Shown here piece by piece: positions 13,197 to 25,314 of a DNA stretch of 64,000 nt. The notes beneath the pieces are model-generated. The model was not told where the DNA came from. It saw only the letters and a list, made by a program, of their open reading frames with translations, and did not search any database. The stretch lies in assembly GCF_044704955.1 (NCBI RefSeq), contig NC_091978.1, positions 297,414,001 through 297,478,000 of the forward strand. Reading direction: 5' to 3'. Position 1 is the stretch's first letter; each line of letters opens with the position of its first letter. Position numbers and translations under genes: made by a program. The stretch comes from Pristiophorus japonicus (Eukaryota).

Positions 13197-13315
13197 CAAC
13201 GTTCGGGCCTCCAACCCTCCGCCGACGTTCGGGCCTTCATCCCTCTGGTGACGTTCGTGCCTTCACTCCACCGGCAACGTCCTGGCCTTCATTCCAATGA
13301 CATTCTGGCCTCCCC
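13197..13315 (+). repeat. Degenerate ~25-bp tandem repeat (core (A/G)ACGTTCGGGCCT(T/C)CA) in the Harbinger left region
   Basis: About 5 copies: AACGTTCGGGCCTCCA, GACGTTCGGGCCTTCA, GACGTTCGTGCCTTCA, AACGTCCTGGCCTTCA, GACATTCTGGCCTCC. Confidence 0.7.
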
Positions 13316-13554
13316 CCGGCCGCTGGCCCCACTCACCGGCGGAGTCCCTGTCGAGCACGTGGTGTGCACAATGGCTGTGGTCACTCTGACCTATTTGACC
13401 TCTCTTCCTTCCACAAAGTGGACCATTGACCATCCCAATGCCTGCCCTTAGCCAGGCCTCGGTTTTCTCACCACCTCACCGAGCACATCCAGCATCACAG
13501 GGAGAAGCAGATCAGGATGTTGACAGAGAAAGAAGGCGCCACAGGGGTGACAAC

Positions 13555-16107
13555 AGAAGGTCTTACTTTCCCAGGGTATTCCGGTAGCAATTCACCTACA
13601 TTGATTTCACTATGGAGCAGTGTGTGTGAAGGCTGTGTTTCAGGAAGGACGTGGTCACAGTGCTCTGCCGTCTGCTGCAACGGGACCTCAAGCCTCACAG
13701 CAGGGTGAGGACGGCTCTCTCAGTAGCGTCAAGGTCACAATCGTTCTTATTTTCTACGCCAATAGATCTTTCCAGACATCTACAACATCTCTCAGTCTGC
13801 CGTCCGTTGCTCCATCCGTGACTTCACAGATGCTCTGTACAGAAGGAGGAGGGACTACATTTCCTTCCCCATGCGCAGCGAGAAGCAAGTGGATTCGTCA
13901 GGATAGCAGGCTTCCCCATGGTGCAGGGTGCCATTGACTGCACCTATATCGCTTTGAGGGCACCGCAGCACAATCCAGAGATCTTCTGTAACCACAAAGG
14001 CTACCACTCACTGAATGTGCAGTTAGTGTGCAACCACGCACGCAGAATTATTACCGTCAATGCCCGCTATCCTGGCAGCAACCACGATGCCTTCATCCTG
14101 CGGCAGACTGGCGTTCCAGCTCTCTTCCAGCACCCAAATGAATCATAAAATCATAGAAAGTTACAGCATGGAAGGAGGCCATTTCGGCCCATCATGTCCG
14201 CGCTGGCCAACAGAGCCTAATCCCACTTTCCACCTCTTGGTCCGTAGCCTTGTAGGTTATGGCACTTCAAGTGCACATCCAAGTACTTTTTAAATGTGGG
14301 CTGGTTTCTGCCTCTATCACTCTTTCAGGCAGTGAGTTCCAGACCCCCACCACCCTCTGGGTGAAAAAAGTTCCTCTCAAATCCCCTCTAAACTCCTACC
14401 GATTACTTTAAATCTATGCCGCCTGGTTGTTGATCACTCTGCTAAGGGAAATAGGACTTTCCTATCCACTCTATCCAGGCCCCTCATAATTTTATACACC
14501 TCAATCAGGTCTCCTCTCAGCCTCCTCTGTACCAAAGAAAAGTACCCCAACCTATCCAATCTATCATCATAGCTAAAATTCTCCAGTCCAGGCAACATCC
14601 TTGTAAATCTCCTCTGTACCCTCTCTCGTGCAATCACATCTTTCCTGTAATGTGATGACCAGAACTGCACATAGTACTCTAGCTGTGGCCTAACTAGTGG
14701 TTTATAAAGTTGAAGCATAACCTCCCTGATCTTGTATCCTATGCCTCGGCTAACAAAGGCAAGTATTCTGTATTCCTTCTTAACCACTTTATCTACCTGG
14801 CCTGCTGCCTTCAGGGATCTGTGGACATGCACTCCAAGGTCACTTTGTTCCTCTACACTTCTCAGTGTCCTACCATTTAATGTGTATTCCTTGCCTTGTT
14901 AGCCCTCCCCAAATACATTAACTCACACTTCTCCGGATTGAATTCCATTTGCCATTGTTCTGCCCACCTGACCAATTAATTGATATCTTCTTGCCGTCTA
15001 CAGCTTTCTTCTTCATTAGCAACCACACAGCCAATTTTTGTATCATCTGCAAACTTCTTAATCATACCTCCTACATTGATATATACCACAAAAAGCAAGG
15101 GACCTAGTATTGAGCCTTGTGGAACCCCACTGGATCAGCCTTCCAGTCACAAAAACACCCATCAACCATTATTGTTTGCTTCCTCTGAGCCAATTTTGGA
15201 TCCAACTTGCCACTTTGCCATGGGCTTTTACTTTCGTGACCAGTCTGCCATGTGGGACCTTATCAAAAGCCTTGCTAAAATCTACATACACTACATCAAA
15301 CGCACTACCCTCATCGACCCGCTTAGTTACCTCATCAAAAAGTTCAATCAAGCTAGTCAGACACAACTTTCTCTTAACAAACCCATGCTGACTGTCCTTG
15401 ATTAATTCATGTCTTTTCAAATGATGATTTATCCTGTCCCTCAGAATGTTTTCCAATATTTTTCCCCACCACTGAGGTTAGCTGACTGGCCTGTAATTAC
15501 TTGGTCTATCCCTTTCTCCCTTTTTAAACAAAAGTACAAGTTTAGCAGTCCTCCAGTCCTCCGGCACCACACCTGTAGCCAGAGAGTACTGGAAAATGAT
15601 GGTCAGAGACTCTGCTATTTCCTCTTTTGTTCTCTTAACTGCCTGGGATACATTTTCTGGGCGAGCTGCTCAGAGCTATGCACCTGGCTCATGACTCCCC
15701 TCCGCAACCACAAAACTCCTGCCCAGCACTCTTACAATGTGAGCCATGCCGGCATGAGGAGCATCATTGAGCAGACCATTGGAGTGCTGAAGCAACGGTT
15801 CCGCTGACTTGACTGCACGGGAGGAGTCCTGCAGTACTCGCCTGAACAGGACTCCCTATTCGTCATCGTCTGCTGCATGCTGCACAACCTGGCCATCATG
15901 AGGGCACAGCCATTGCCACCAGGCATAGCCATACCACCGGAGGAGAACCAGAAGGAAGACCATGAGCAGCAGCAGGAGGAGCATCAGCAGAAGGACGAGG
16001 AGGAGCAGGAGCAGGAGCAGCAGCTCCCGCGACAGAGGAGGCAGCGAATCCATCGCGATCCTGCAAGGGAGACTCGCGACCATCTCATCAGAGCTTGTTT
16101 CCACTGA
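13555..16107 (+). pseudogene. Harbinger DDE transposase (HARBI1-like) pseudogene, split by CR1 insertion 14142-15655
   Basis: YFPRVFR*QF..RLCFRKD, GFPMVQGAIDCTYIALRAP..KGYHSLNVQLVC..YPGSNHDAFIL, then WLMTP..YNVSH..RSIIEQTIGVLKQRFR*LD..CCMLHNLA; in-frame stops and frameshifts. Confidence 0.92.
14142..15655 (-). mobile_element. 5'-truncated CR1 LINE inserted in the transposase
   Basis: [48 protein letters not shown]; tail at 14142-14160. Confidence 0.92.
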
Positions 16108-16263
16108 TTTCCATCACACTTCCCGGTTCCTGTGGACGTCCTCATCACAATATCAATTTGCCCTTCCATATCAAATCTGCAACACTGAAATGAGAGACAA
16201 CAACAAAGAGTAAACATTCCAATGACCATTTATCAAACAAGAATAAAAAGTATAACAGAGTAT

Positions 16264-18111
16264 TTAATTATCACCCTTGTGTATTTCCTTATAGCCCCTT
16301 TTTCGATGATCTATTCTACAACTTCTCTGCAGTGTCTCCCCTGTGGCTGCAGCATGGCTGGTGAAAGGCTGCTGTGTTTCAGGGGCAGAGACTACAGATG
16401 GCCTTCTCGGACGCCCTCGACCAGCTCTGGGCCTGGAAGGCCCGGCTGATGACAAGTACAATGGCAGATTGGCAGTGGTGGGATCAGAAATGCGGTCATC
16501 TTGATAGAGGACAGCAGGTTCCTACTCCACTGACCCAGTTGCACTCCCCTGAAGTAGCACCTCAGCATCCCCACCAATCTGCTGGAGCACAGATTTCTGG
16601 GCTGCTGCGACTCCGTGTGATTTCCGGTCGACTGTGATGGACCCAGTGGCGATGGCATAGCCAGGGCTTGTGTGGCATGCAGCTGAAACTGCATGACATC
16701 ACCAAGACGTTGCGTGGCATCATGCTGAGTCTGCATGAGAGTAGTCTGTGAGTATCCATGCGAGCAACCATTCACTCTATTGCAACAGCAAGACATTGTG
16801 TTGCTTTAGCCTGTGCCGCAATGGAAGCTGCCACATTGCCCATGACACGCGTCGTGAGGTCTGAATCTGCACAGTCTGTCTGAGAGTCCACCATCATCTG
16901 CACACTGGCAATGATGGGCTCCATGGTGTGTGCAAAGCTGTTTACGATGAGGGAGGCGGACTCCTCCACGCTCCTTACCACTTGTGACAGGCTCTCGGGC
17001 ACCCTTGCCATTGCCTCTATATAATGTCGGAGTGCATGGCCTTCACCCTTTCGAGGTCCCCATCTGAGTCCTGTGCAGCAGAACTCACCCTCCGAGGAGA
17101 TGCCTCCCAAGCTTCCCTTTCCCCTTGACCCTGCTGCATCCCGCTAGGCCCCAGTGCATCATCCAGTGCATACCCGTGTCCTAAGCTAAGCTCTAATGAC
17201 CACATAGTGCCAGTATTTGAGCTGGTGCCTGCGGGTGAGAGAAACAGTGATGCAGTGCTTCGCTCCTCCTCCTCATCATCCTCCCCACCCTGTTCTTCAT
17301 CCACCTGACTGGGTTATGGGGGCTCAGTAACAGCCTGCTCATCTGCTGGGTGATTATCTGAAAGCATAAATGGCACAAGAGTCGCGTTAAGGTGAGGGCA
17401 GGGGGCAAGAATAGAGCAAAGAAGGCAGACAAAATGAGGAGGTGGAAAGTGATAAGGCCTTCTACTTTAACTCTGAAATGGGATGAGAAGAGGGGGTATA
17501 CGTACCATTGTTGCCCCCAGCGGGCTCGACATCTCTGGCAGCCATGGGGTCCACCACCTGCGGGCCAATGAGCCACATGACTCGCTCCTCCAGGTCGGAA
17601 AACTGGTGTCGTTCAACTTCCACCTCCCCTCCAGTCCGCTGCTGCTGCATCCTGTTGTGAGCCATCTTGGCCTGCAAAAAAAAAAAGAAGCTGTATGAGT
17701 AAGAGTCCAGTTATATATGTGGAAGATATACCTTTCGTGGTTAAATAGTTGTGAATGTAGGCAAGGTGTGAAATGAGGCTGTGACTGTGAGTACGCTGCC
17801 TGCTGGGTTAAGTGCTGGTTTGCAGAGTGTGCTCAGAGCTGGTATGTAAGAGTTGTGGAAACATGTACTCACTTTGACCATCCGAGTGAGGTCGAATAAT
17901 TTTTTCCTACACTGAGTAGGCGTTCTGTCTATGACCGTGCTGCCCGACACCTCTGCAGCCACCTTGCCCACATGGCCCGAAAAACCTGTAGAGTTGTCCA
18001 CCCAGATGGAGGGAACAGCACCTGTCTCCTTCCCTCTACTGCCCCCACCAATGTCTCCAACGCAAGGTCGCTGAAGCGAGTGGCCCTTGCAGAAGCTCTT
18101 CCAGCAGTCAT
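16264..18111 (-). pseudogene. Harbinger Myb/SANT (trihelix, NAIF1/MSANTD-like) DNA-binding protein pseudogene, 3 predicted exons (18111-17873, 17671-17506, 17357-~16264)
   Basis: RATRFSDLALETLVGAVEGRRQVLFP, KVAAEVS..RTPTQCRKKLFDL|gtgagt; tttttgcag|AKMAHNRMQQQRTGG..|gtacg; tttcag| exon 3 continues in frame into the acidic ORF 17017-17304. Confidence 0.8.
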
Positions 18112-18420
18112 GGCACAGATTCCTTGCAGCTCAGTAAACTGAGGAAATGATGAGAATGACGAGGTGCTGCCTGAAACGACACCCCCTTTAAGAACTGGAA
18201 TGAACTGCAGCCTCATTATCAGTGAATGAAAGTTAGGTAAAATTAGGTGCAGGCCTGGTAATAGTGCCCCACTGAGGCCATTAGCTCCTCACGGAAAAGT
18301 GCCCAATTTCCCACAATTTTGCAGCCCATCTCGCCAGGTAGTAAATGTTTTAAAAATGTTCACCCCAAACATGACACGACCAAATTTCGGCCCCTAACTT
18401 TTTTTAAAATTGGATTGGAA

Positions 18421-19912
18421 ATCGTAGAAACATAGAAAATAGGTGCAGAAGTAGGCCATTCGGCTCTTTGACCCTGCATCACCATTCAATATGATCATGG
18501 CTGATCATGCAACTTCAGTACCCCATTCCTGCTTTTTCTCCATACCCCTTGATCCCTTTTGAAGGGCCACATATATCTTTCCAATATATCTAACGAACTG
18601 GCCTCAACACCTTTCTGTGGTAGAGAATTCCACAGATTCACAATTTTCTGAGTGAAGAAGTTTCTCCTCATCTCGGTCCTAAATGGCTTACCCCATATCC
18701 TTAGACTGTGACCCCTGGTTTTGGACTTCCCCAACATCGGGAACATTCTTCCTGCATCTAACCTGACGAAACCCGTCAGAATTTTATATGTTTCTATGAG
18801 ATCTCCTCTCATTCTTCTAAATTCCAGTGAATACAAGCCTAGTCGATCCAGTCTTTCTTCATATATCAGTCCTGCCATCCCGGGAATCAGTCTGGTGAAC
18901 CTTTGCTGCACTCCCTCAACAGTAAGAATGTCCTTCCTCAGAGTAGGAGACCAAAACTGTACACAATATTCAAGGTGTGGCCTCAGCAAGGCCCTGTACA
19001 ACTGCAGTAAGACCTCCCTGCTCGCTCCTATACTCAAAACCTCTCACTATGAAGGCTAACATGCCATTTGCCTTCTTCACCGCCTGCTGTATCTGCATGC
19101 CAACTTTCAATGACTGATGAACCATGACACCCAGGTCTCGTTGCACCTCCCCTTTTCCTAATCTGTCACCTTTCAGATAATAATCTGCCTTCCTGTTTTT
19201 GCCACCAAAGTGGATAACCTCACATTTATCTGCATTATAAGGCATCTACCATGCATTTGTCCACTCACCTAACCTGTCCAAGTCACCCTGCAGCCTCTTA
19301 GCATCCTCCTCACAGCTCACACTGCCACCCAGCTTAGTGTCATCTGCAAACTTGGAGATTTGCATTCAATTCCTTCGTCTAAATCATTAATATATATTGT
19401 AAATAGCTGGGGTCCCAGCACTGAACCTTGCGGTACCCCACTAGTCACTGCCTGCCATTCTGAAAAGGACCCGTTTATTCCTACTCTTTGCTTCCTGTCT
19501 GCCAACCAATTCTCTATCCATGTCAATACATTACTCCCAATACCATGTGCTTTAATTTTGCACACTAATCTCTTATGTGGGACCTTGTCAAAAGCCTTTT
19601 GAAAGTCCAAATACACCACATCCACTGGTTCTCCCTTATCCACTCTATGAGTTACATCCTGAAAAAATTCTAGAAGATTTGTCAAGCATGATTTCCCTTT
19701 CATAAATCCATGCTGACTTGGACCGATCCGGTCACTGCTTTCCAAATGCGCTGCTATTACATCTTTAATTGATTCCAACATTTTTCCCACTACTGATGTC
19801 AGGCTAACTGATATATAATTCCCTGTTTTCTCTTTCCCTCCTTTTTTCAAAAGTGGGGTTACATTAGCTACCCTCCAATCCATAGGAACTGATCCAGAGT
19901 CTGTGGAATGTT
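18421..19912 (-). mobile_element. 5'-truncated CR1 LINE
   Basis: [63 protein letters not shown]; (CTATGTTT)n-type tail at 18421-18440. Confidence 0.94.
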
Positions 19913-21108
19913 ACATAGAAACATAGAAACGTAGAAAATAGGCGCAGGAGTAGGCCATTCGGCCCTTCGAGCCTGCACCGCCATTCAATGAGTTCATGGC
20001 TGAACATGCAACTTCAGTACCCCATTCCTGCTTTCTCGCCATACCCCTTGATCCCCCTAGTAGTAAGGACTACATCTAACTCCTTTTTGAATATATTTAA
20101 TGAATTGGCCTCAACAACTTTCTGTGGTAGAGAATTCCACAGGTTCACCACTCTCTGGGTGAAGAAGTTTCTCCTCATCTCGGTCCTAAATGGCTTACCC
20201 CTTATCCTTAGACTGAGACCCCTGGTTCTGGACAACCCCAACATTGGGAACATTCTTCCTGCATCTGACTTGTCTAAACCCGTCAGAATTTTAAACGTTT
20301 CTATGAGATCCCCTCTCATTCTTCTGAACTCCAGTGAATACAAGCCCAGTTGATCCAGTCTTTCTTGATATGTCAGTCCCAACATCCCAGGAATCAGTCT
20401 GGTGAACCTTCGCTGCACTCCCTCAATAGCAAGAATGTCCTTCCTCAAGTTAGGAGGCCAAAACTGTACACAATACTCCAGGTGTGGCCTCACCAAGGCC
20501 CTGTGCAACTGTAGTAACACCTTCCTTCCCCTGTACTCAAATCCCCTCGCTATGAAGGCCATTTGCTTTCTTAACCGCCTGCTGTACCTGCATGCCAACT
20601 GATGTATCATGACACCCAGGTCTCATTGCACCTCCCGTTTTCCTAATCTGTCACCATTCAGATAATAGTCTGTCTCTCTGTTTTTACCACCAAAGTGGAT
20701 AACCTCACATTTATCCACATTATTCTTCATCTGCCATGCATTTGCCCACTCACCTAACCTATCCAAGTCACTCTGCAGCCTCATAGCATCCTCCTCACAG
20801 CTCACACTGCCACCCAACTTAGTGTCATCCGCAAATTTGGAGATACTACATTTAATCCTCTCGTCTAAATCATTAATGTACAATGTAAACCGCTGGGGCC
20901 CCAGCACAGAACCTTGCGGTAGCCCCACTAGTCACTGCTTGCCATTCTGAAAAGTTACCCATTTACTCCTACTCTTTGCTTCCTGTCTGCCAACCAGTTC
21001 TCAATCCACATCAGCACACTACCCCCAATCCCATGTGCTTGAACTTTGCACAGTCATCTCTTGTGTGGGACCTTGTCGAAAGCCTTCTGAAAGTCCAAAT
21101 ACACCACA
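19913..21108 (-). mobile_element. 5'-truncated CR1 LINE (same young family as 47377-48655 and 53531-56003)
   Basis: RT C-terminal ORFs 20014-20928; tail ACATAGAAACATAGAAAC on +. Confidence 0.94.
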
Positions 21109-21339
21109 AGTTGGAGCTGGATCCTCTGTTGGGCTGCTATCGTGATGTAACTGATATTCGATGTAACCTTAGCAAATAGCCTGATATCTCATAGTCCCAG
21201 GTCTGTTAAATCTTTTAAGGATGATAGCTCCTAAATACTAAGGGACCACTTTGGGATGCATAGGCATACTCTGAGTTGCGACACAGGATTTTTGTGATGA
21301 AGAAAGAATTTGCAGTTCATATTCATATTGTCAATTTGC

Positions 21340-22272
21340 AATTCATATTGTCAAAAGCAGTTCATATTGCTTTTGGCAAAGGTTCTACATGGCAGACTGT
21401 TCAGAAAAGTAAAAGCCCATGGGAGCTCAGGGAAAGTGACAAGTCAGATCCAAAAGTGGGTTGGTGACAGATGATGGTCGATGGGTGTTTTTTTGAACGG
21501 AAGGCGGTTTCCAGTGGGGTTCAGTATTAGGTCCCTTGCTTTTTGTGGTATATATCAATGATTTAGACTTAAATGTAGGGGCATAATTAAGAATCTTGCA
21601 GATGATACGAAAATTGGCCGTGTGAGGAAGAAAGCTGTAGTTTGCAGGAAGTGGACTGGCCAGGTGGGCAGAAAAGTGGCAAATGGCATTCAATCCGGAA
21701 AAGTATGAGTTAATGCATTTGGGGAGAGCTAACAAGGGAAGGGAATAGGCAATAAATGGTAGGATACTGAGAAGCGTAGCGGAACAAAGGGACCTTGGAG
21801 TACAGGTACATGCCCACAGATCCCTGAAGGTAGCAGGTTAGGTAGATAAGGTGGTTAAGAAGGCATAAGGGATACTTTCCTTTATTAGCCGAGGCATAGA
21901 ATATAAGAGCCGGGCGGGGGGAGTCGGGTTATGCTAGAACTGTATAAAACACTAGTGAAGCCACAGCTAGACGATGGCGTACAGTTCTGGTGGTCACATT
22001 ACAGGAAAGGTGTGATTGCATTAGAGAGGGTACGGAGGAGATTTACGAGGATGTTGCCAGGACTGAAGAATTTTAGCTATGAGGAAAGATTGGATAGGTT
22101 GGGGTTGTTTTCTTTGAAGCGGAGGAGGCTGAGGGGAGGCTTAATTGAGGTGTATAAAATTATGAGGGGCCTAGATAGAGTGGATAGGAAGGACCTATTT
22201 CACTTAGCAGAGAGGTCAATAACCAGAGGGCATAGATTTAAAGTAATTAGGAGAAGGATTAGAGGGGAGTTG
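21340..22272 (+). mobile_element. CR1 LINE fragment
   Basis: MLELYKTLVKPQLD..VQFW..RRRLRGGLIEVYKIMRG. Confidence 0.88.
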
Positions 22273-22443
22273 AATGCTGTCAATTACTATGATTCTATGA
22301 TATTCGCTTATCCTACGTACACTTACAAAGATTAGAAACTGATTAAGAACTTTCATTGCAAGAATGTATTTAGCTTCAAATGTGATTAAAATGAAGACCA
22401 TACCTTACTTCTGGTGACCACAGCAATATCTTTTAGAATCATT

Positions 22444-23040
22444 GGGGGGATTTTCAAACCGCCCCCACCCCCCACCAGGACGAGTGGGAGAGGCATGAGG
22501 TTAAATTCTTAACAATGGGAAACCGGATCTCAACCAGTTGCATCTACTTCTGGTTTGGGTGAGTGGGGGTGGATGGAGTGAGTAACCTCTCGAGGTAGGT
22601 CTGTTATTATAATACATAAATAAGACAATGTGTCTCAGATTTTAACAGCCATTTGGGTTAAACGACTGTGGCCCGTGTTTCCCAGGGCTCGGGAATCCCA
22701 GCAGTTAAAGGGAGATAAGAACTGACAAATCCAGCAGGTAAGTGCTTTTCCAGCACTGCTTATGCGCCAGCAGAACAAGTGCTTCCCCCCCGGCCCCTAA
22801 AGGTAACCTGGTGCGATCGACCCTCCTCCCCACGATCTCCAGGCTGCTTTCCCACACGCCAGCTAGCCAGCCTCTCAATTTGGCCAGCTGCTGGGTGGGA
22901 AACTGAGTACAGGTACATAAATTCAAATGAGGTCCCGCAGTTCAATTCGACAGGACCTCAGCCTTTGCTGTATTTCCGCGTTTCCCAGTGGCTGTCAGTC
23001 ACCCCCATTCCCTCCCTGCCTCACCATAAAAATTTATGGA
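22444..23040. mobile_element. Degenerate non-autonomous DNA transposon (inverted relative to 12285-12790)
   Basis: Starts GGGGGGATTTTCAAAC; internal homology to 12285-12790. Confidence 0.55.
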
Positions 23041-23160
23041 CCATAGAATCTTGTAACAGAAAAGTAGGTCATTCGGCCCATCGGTTCTGTGCTGGCTCTT
23101 TCAAAGAGCTATCCAATTAGTCCCACTTACCCACACTTTCTCCATCGCCCTGCACCTTTC
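23041..23160 (-). mobile_element. CR1 3' tail fragment
   Basis: CATAGAATC..CATTCGGCCCATC.. matches CR1 3' ends elsewhere in the window. Confidence 0.65.
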
Positions 23161-23783
23161 GCTTGAGCTGGATAACTGCTCCCCAGCTACTGCTTTATCA
23201 AGTTACAAAACTAGCATATCACATAACAGAAGCCAAGCAAAATAGAAAAATTGCAACATCCTTCAAAGTTTAATTATTTCCACTCTCAATAGGGAGATAA
23301 ATATTAGCAAGCCCAGATAAAACATCTATGTGCAATTTTTTTTAAAGACAGTGACGAGGAGAATACTTTGTACAGAAAGTATTCCTCCAAGAATTTATTT
23401 CTCCTTTAGTAATTGAAAACCATATGTTTAAAAATCATTGATTAGTTTTTAAAATTCTACTTACTTTTGGACTATAGCACCCTTCAAAAATATAGGAAAA
23501 ATCTATTTAGATATAGTGTTGGGTAGTTAGGAGATTGTTACATGATAATTAACTGCATTTAGCATGGGTAGTGCTATTTGTCAGTGGAACTTTTGAACTC
23601 CGCCTTTGGTGGATCCTTAAATTATATCAGAAGGGAGTGCTTTGTTTGTTGAGTTTTTAAAAAAATTGCTGTAAATTAAATCTGTTAATTACTCAGTAAC
23701 AAACTATCTGTTCACTTCTTACATAGCACTGTATCTAGAAGTGTGAAAAGTGTTAGCACTAAACTTTTAATGAAATGCCTTAC

Positions 23784-24419
23784 CTGATAAATACCACACA
23801 TAAATGTTAGCGCAGCTGAAACACTGACAGCATAGCATTTTTTATCACATTCAAAGTTTAGTGACCCAGGGAGGGTGAAGTTCATCATCATGGTTGGATT
23901 AACGTCACTGATGTTCCAGTTATCTGTGCTGCCCATCGTCATTGGCATCGCTTTGCTGTCTTCATCTACATCGAATCCAGCCAGCTGAAGCTCCCGATCA
24001 ACCACCTGCCCCACCAAGAGGCATATTAAGCTGAAAATGCCCACTGAAATATGGCGTGAGGTACCCATCAGGAAATAAATAATGCAGGAGAAGAAGGATG
24101 CATACAAACTGGAACTGGTTTCTAGACCAGCAAGTAATGCATATGCTATTGATTGAGGAACCATGACAACAGCAACAAGCAAACCTGAAATGGTATCGCC
24201 TAAGATCCATTCTTTTAATTTGTACTTTGGGAGCCACTGGAGGACTGGAAAGAAACCAATAATCAGGTTTTTAATACTGTCCAGTGAACACGAGCAACTT
24301 TCTTGCAGCTTCTTTTTAATTACTTTCTTCATTTCAATTTTTTCCTTCACTGTCCGTTCAATCTGTACTTGAGATTCTAAATGAAGTTCCATTTTAGGCA
24401 ATTGTTCTTCGTTTTCCAT
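23784..24419 (-). CDS. SLC26A1: SLC26A1 first coding exon (212 aa)
   Basis: ATG at 24419 (agaagATGG), probable acceptor ttacag| at 24466/24465; FFPVLQWLPKY, GDTISG, PQSIAYALLAG, GTSRHISVGIFSLICLLVGQVVDRELQLAGFD (SLC26A1-type), CDKKCYA; donor after GIYQ. Confidence 0.9.
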
Positions 24420-25314
24420 TCTTCTCCGGTATTGTAGTGCACTGTAGATGAGTAGTTCTAAAGTTCTGTAATTAAAAATTACATTACTTCACACAGCAAA
24501 TAAAACCTTTGCTTATGCAAAACACCAGCTCTATCACTGTTTCACTCCAGTGATTTTTATAGTATGTGAGTATTCAGGATCAGACAGGTATTAATTTGTG
24601 TCTGGATCATAATTGTAGGTTACCAAGATAAATATGCTAAAATTGCAATATTTTGACAAAAAGCTTTTCATTCAATGTAAAACAGATTTTGTCTGGGCTT
24701 AACAAGCGAAGTAGGGAAGAAAGTTGTGTGGGTTTTTCTAATCTACATTGAATGTTTCAGCTGCCAGGTTCTGTGCCATGTGCAAAATGCTGAATTGTAA
24801 AATAAATGCTGAAACTTCAAAATTATCATGTTGAGTGTCATATACTTTAAAGACTTTAGGGTACTTCTTTCGAGAACCAATAATACTGCATTGAACTGTT
24901 CTTACCAATTTTAAATCAGGAAAATGTTTGTTAAAGCTGATCTAAGATGAGCTTTTATAATACTGATAATTACAGAGCTGTGGTGGAAGCAGTATGATTT
25001 TCAACCTGCTACTCCTGATCGCTTTAATTGTAACTTGGGATTTGTGACTGTCATAAATGTTGACCAGTATTGGGTGTCATTTAAGCAGACCCTCTCCAAT
25101 ATAATTTAATTTTGTTAAACTAGTATAGAATGTCTATATCTAATTCTGGTTAGAAATAGTAATTACATGTAATTATTATTCAAACCATTGAAGTTTACAT
25201 TACCTGCAGTCCATTGTGTCAGTGCTGGCTTTTTATGAGTGCAATTCAAAACAACATATCAATTTTTATACTAATAATCAGTTATTTTATCATTTTTAGA
25301 AGGATGATACCTAA

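Larger units (their letters stand above)
12790..18394. mobile_element. PIF/Harbinger DNA transposon, decayed autonomous-type element (transposase plus convergent Myb/SANT gene), interrupted by a CR1
   Basis: Right TIR AAATTTCGGCCCC ends at 18394 followed by TAA; two convergent genes typical of Harbinger; left TIR not found. Confidence 0.88.
8093..23783 (-). other. SLC26A1: Phase-0 GT-AG intron of SLC26A1 (15,691 bp), largely transposon-filled
   Basis: Donor CAG|gtaagg at 23784/23783 and acceptor cag|GTA at 8093/8092 join ..GIYQ|VLMAVF.., the known intron position of SLC26A1/A2. Confidence 0.92.

Noticed and set aside
15856-16229. Leu-rich and Ser/Arg-rich ORFs
   Set aside because: Alternative frames of the Glu/Gln-rich low-complexity tail of the transposase
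13555-18111. Host genes HARBI1 / NAIF1
   Set aside because: Stops, frameshifts, a CR1 insertion and a TIR show it is a transposon relic
23712-23783. Last 23 aa of the 235-aa ORF
   Set aside because: Read-through past the GT donor into the intron
6560-24419. Calling the gene SLC26A2
   Set aside because: The N-terminus (KKLQESCSCS..GFFPVLQWLPKY) is A2-like, but diagnostic blocks (GQVVDRELQLAGFD, PLLDGFA, YYANKDFF, LSRGG) favour SLC26A1; a phylogeny is needed for certainty
25190-25240. Minus-strand donor CAG|gtaatg at 25204/25203 as the SLC26A1 non-coding first exon
   Set aside because: A single splice-like motif without other support
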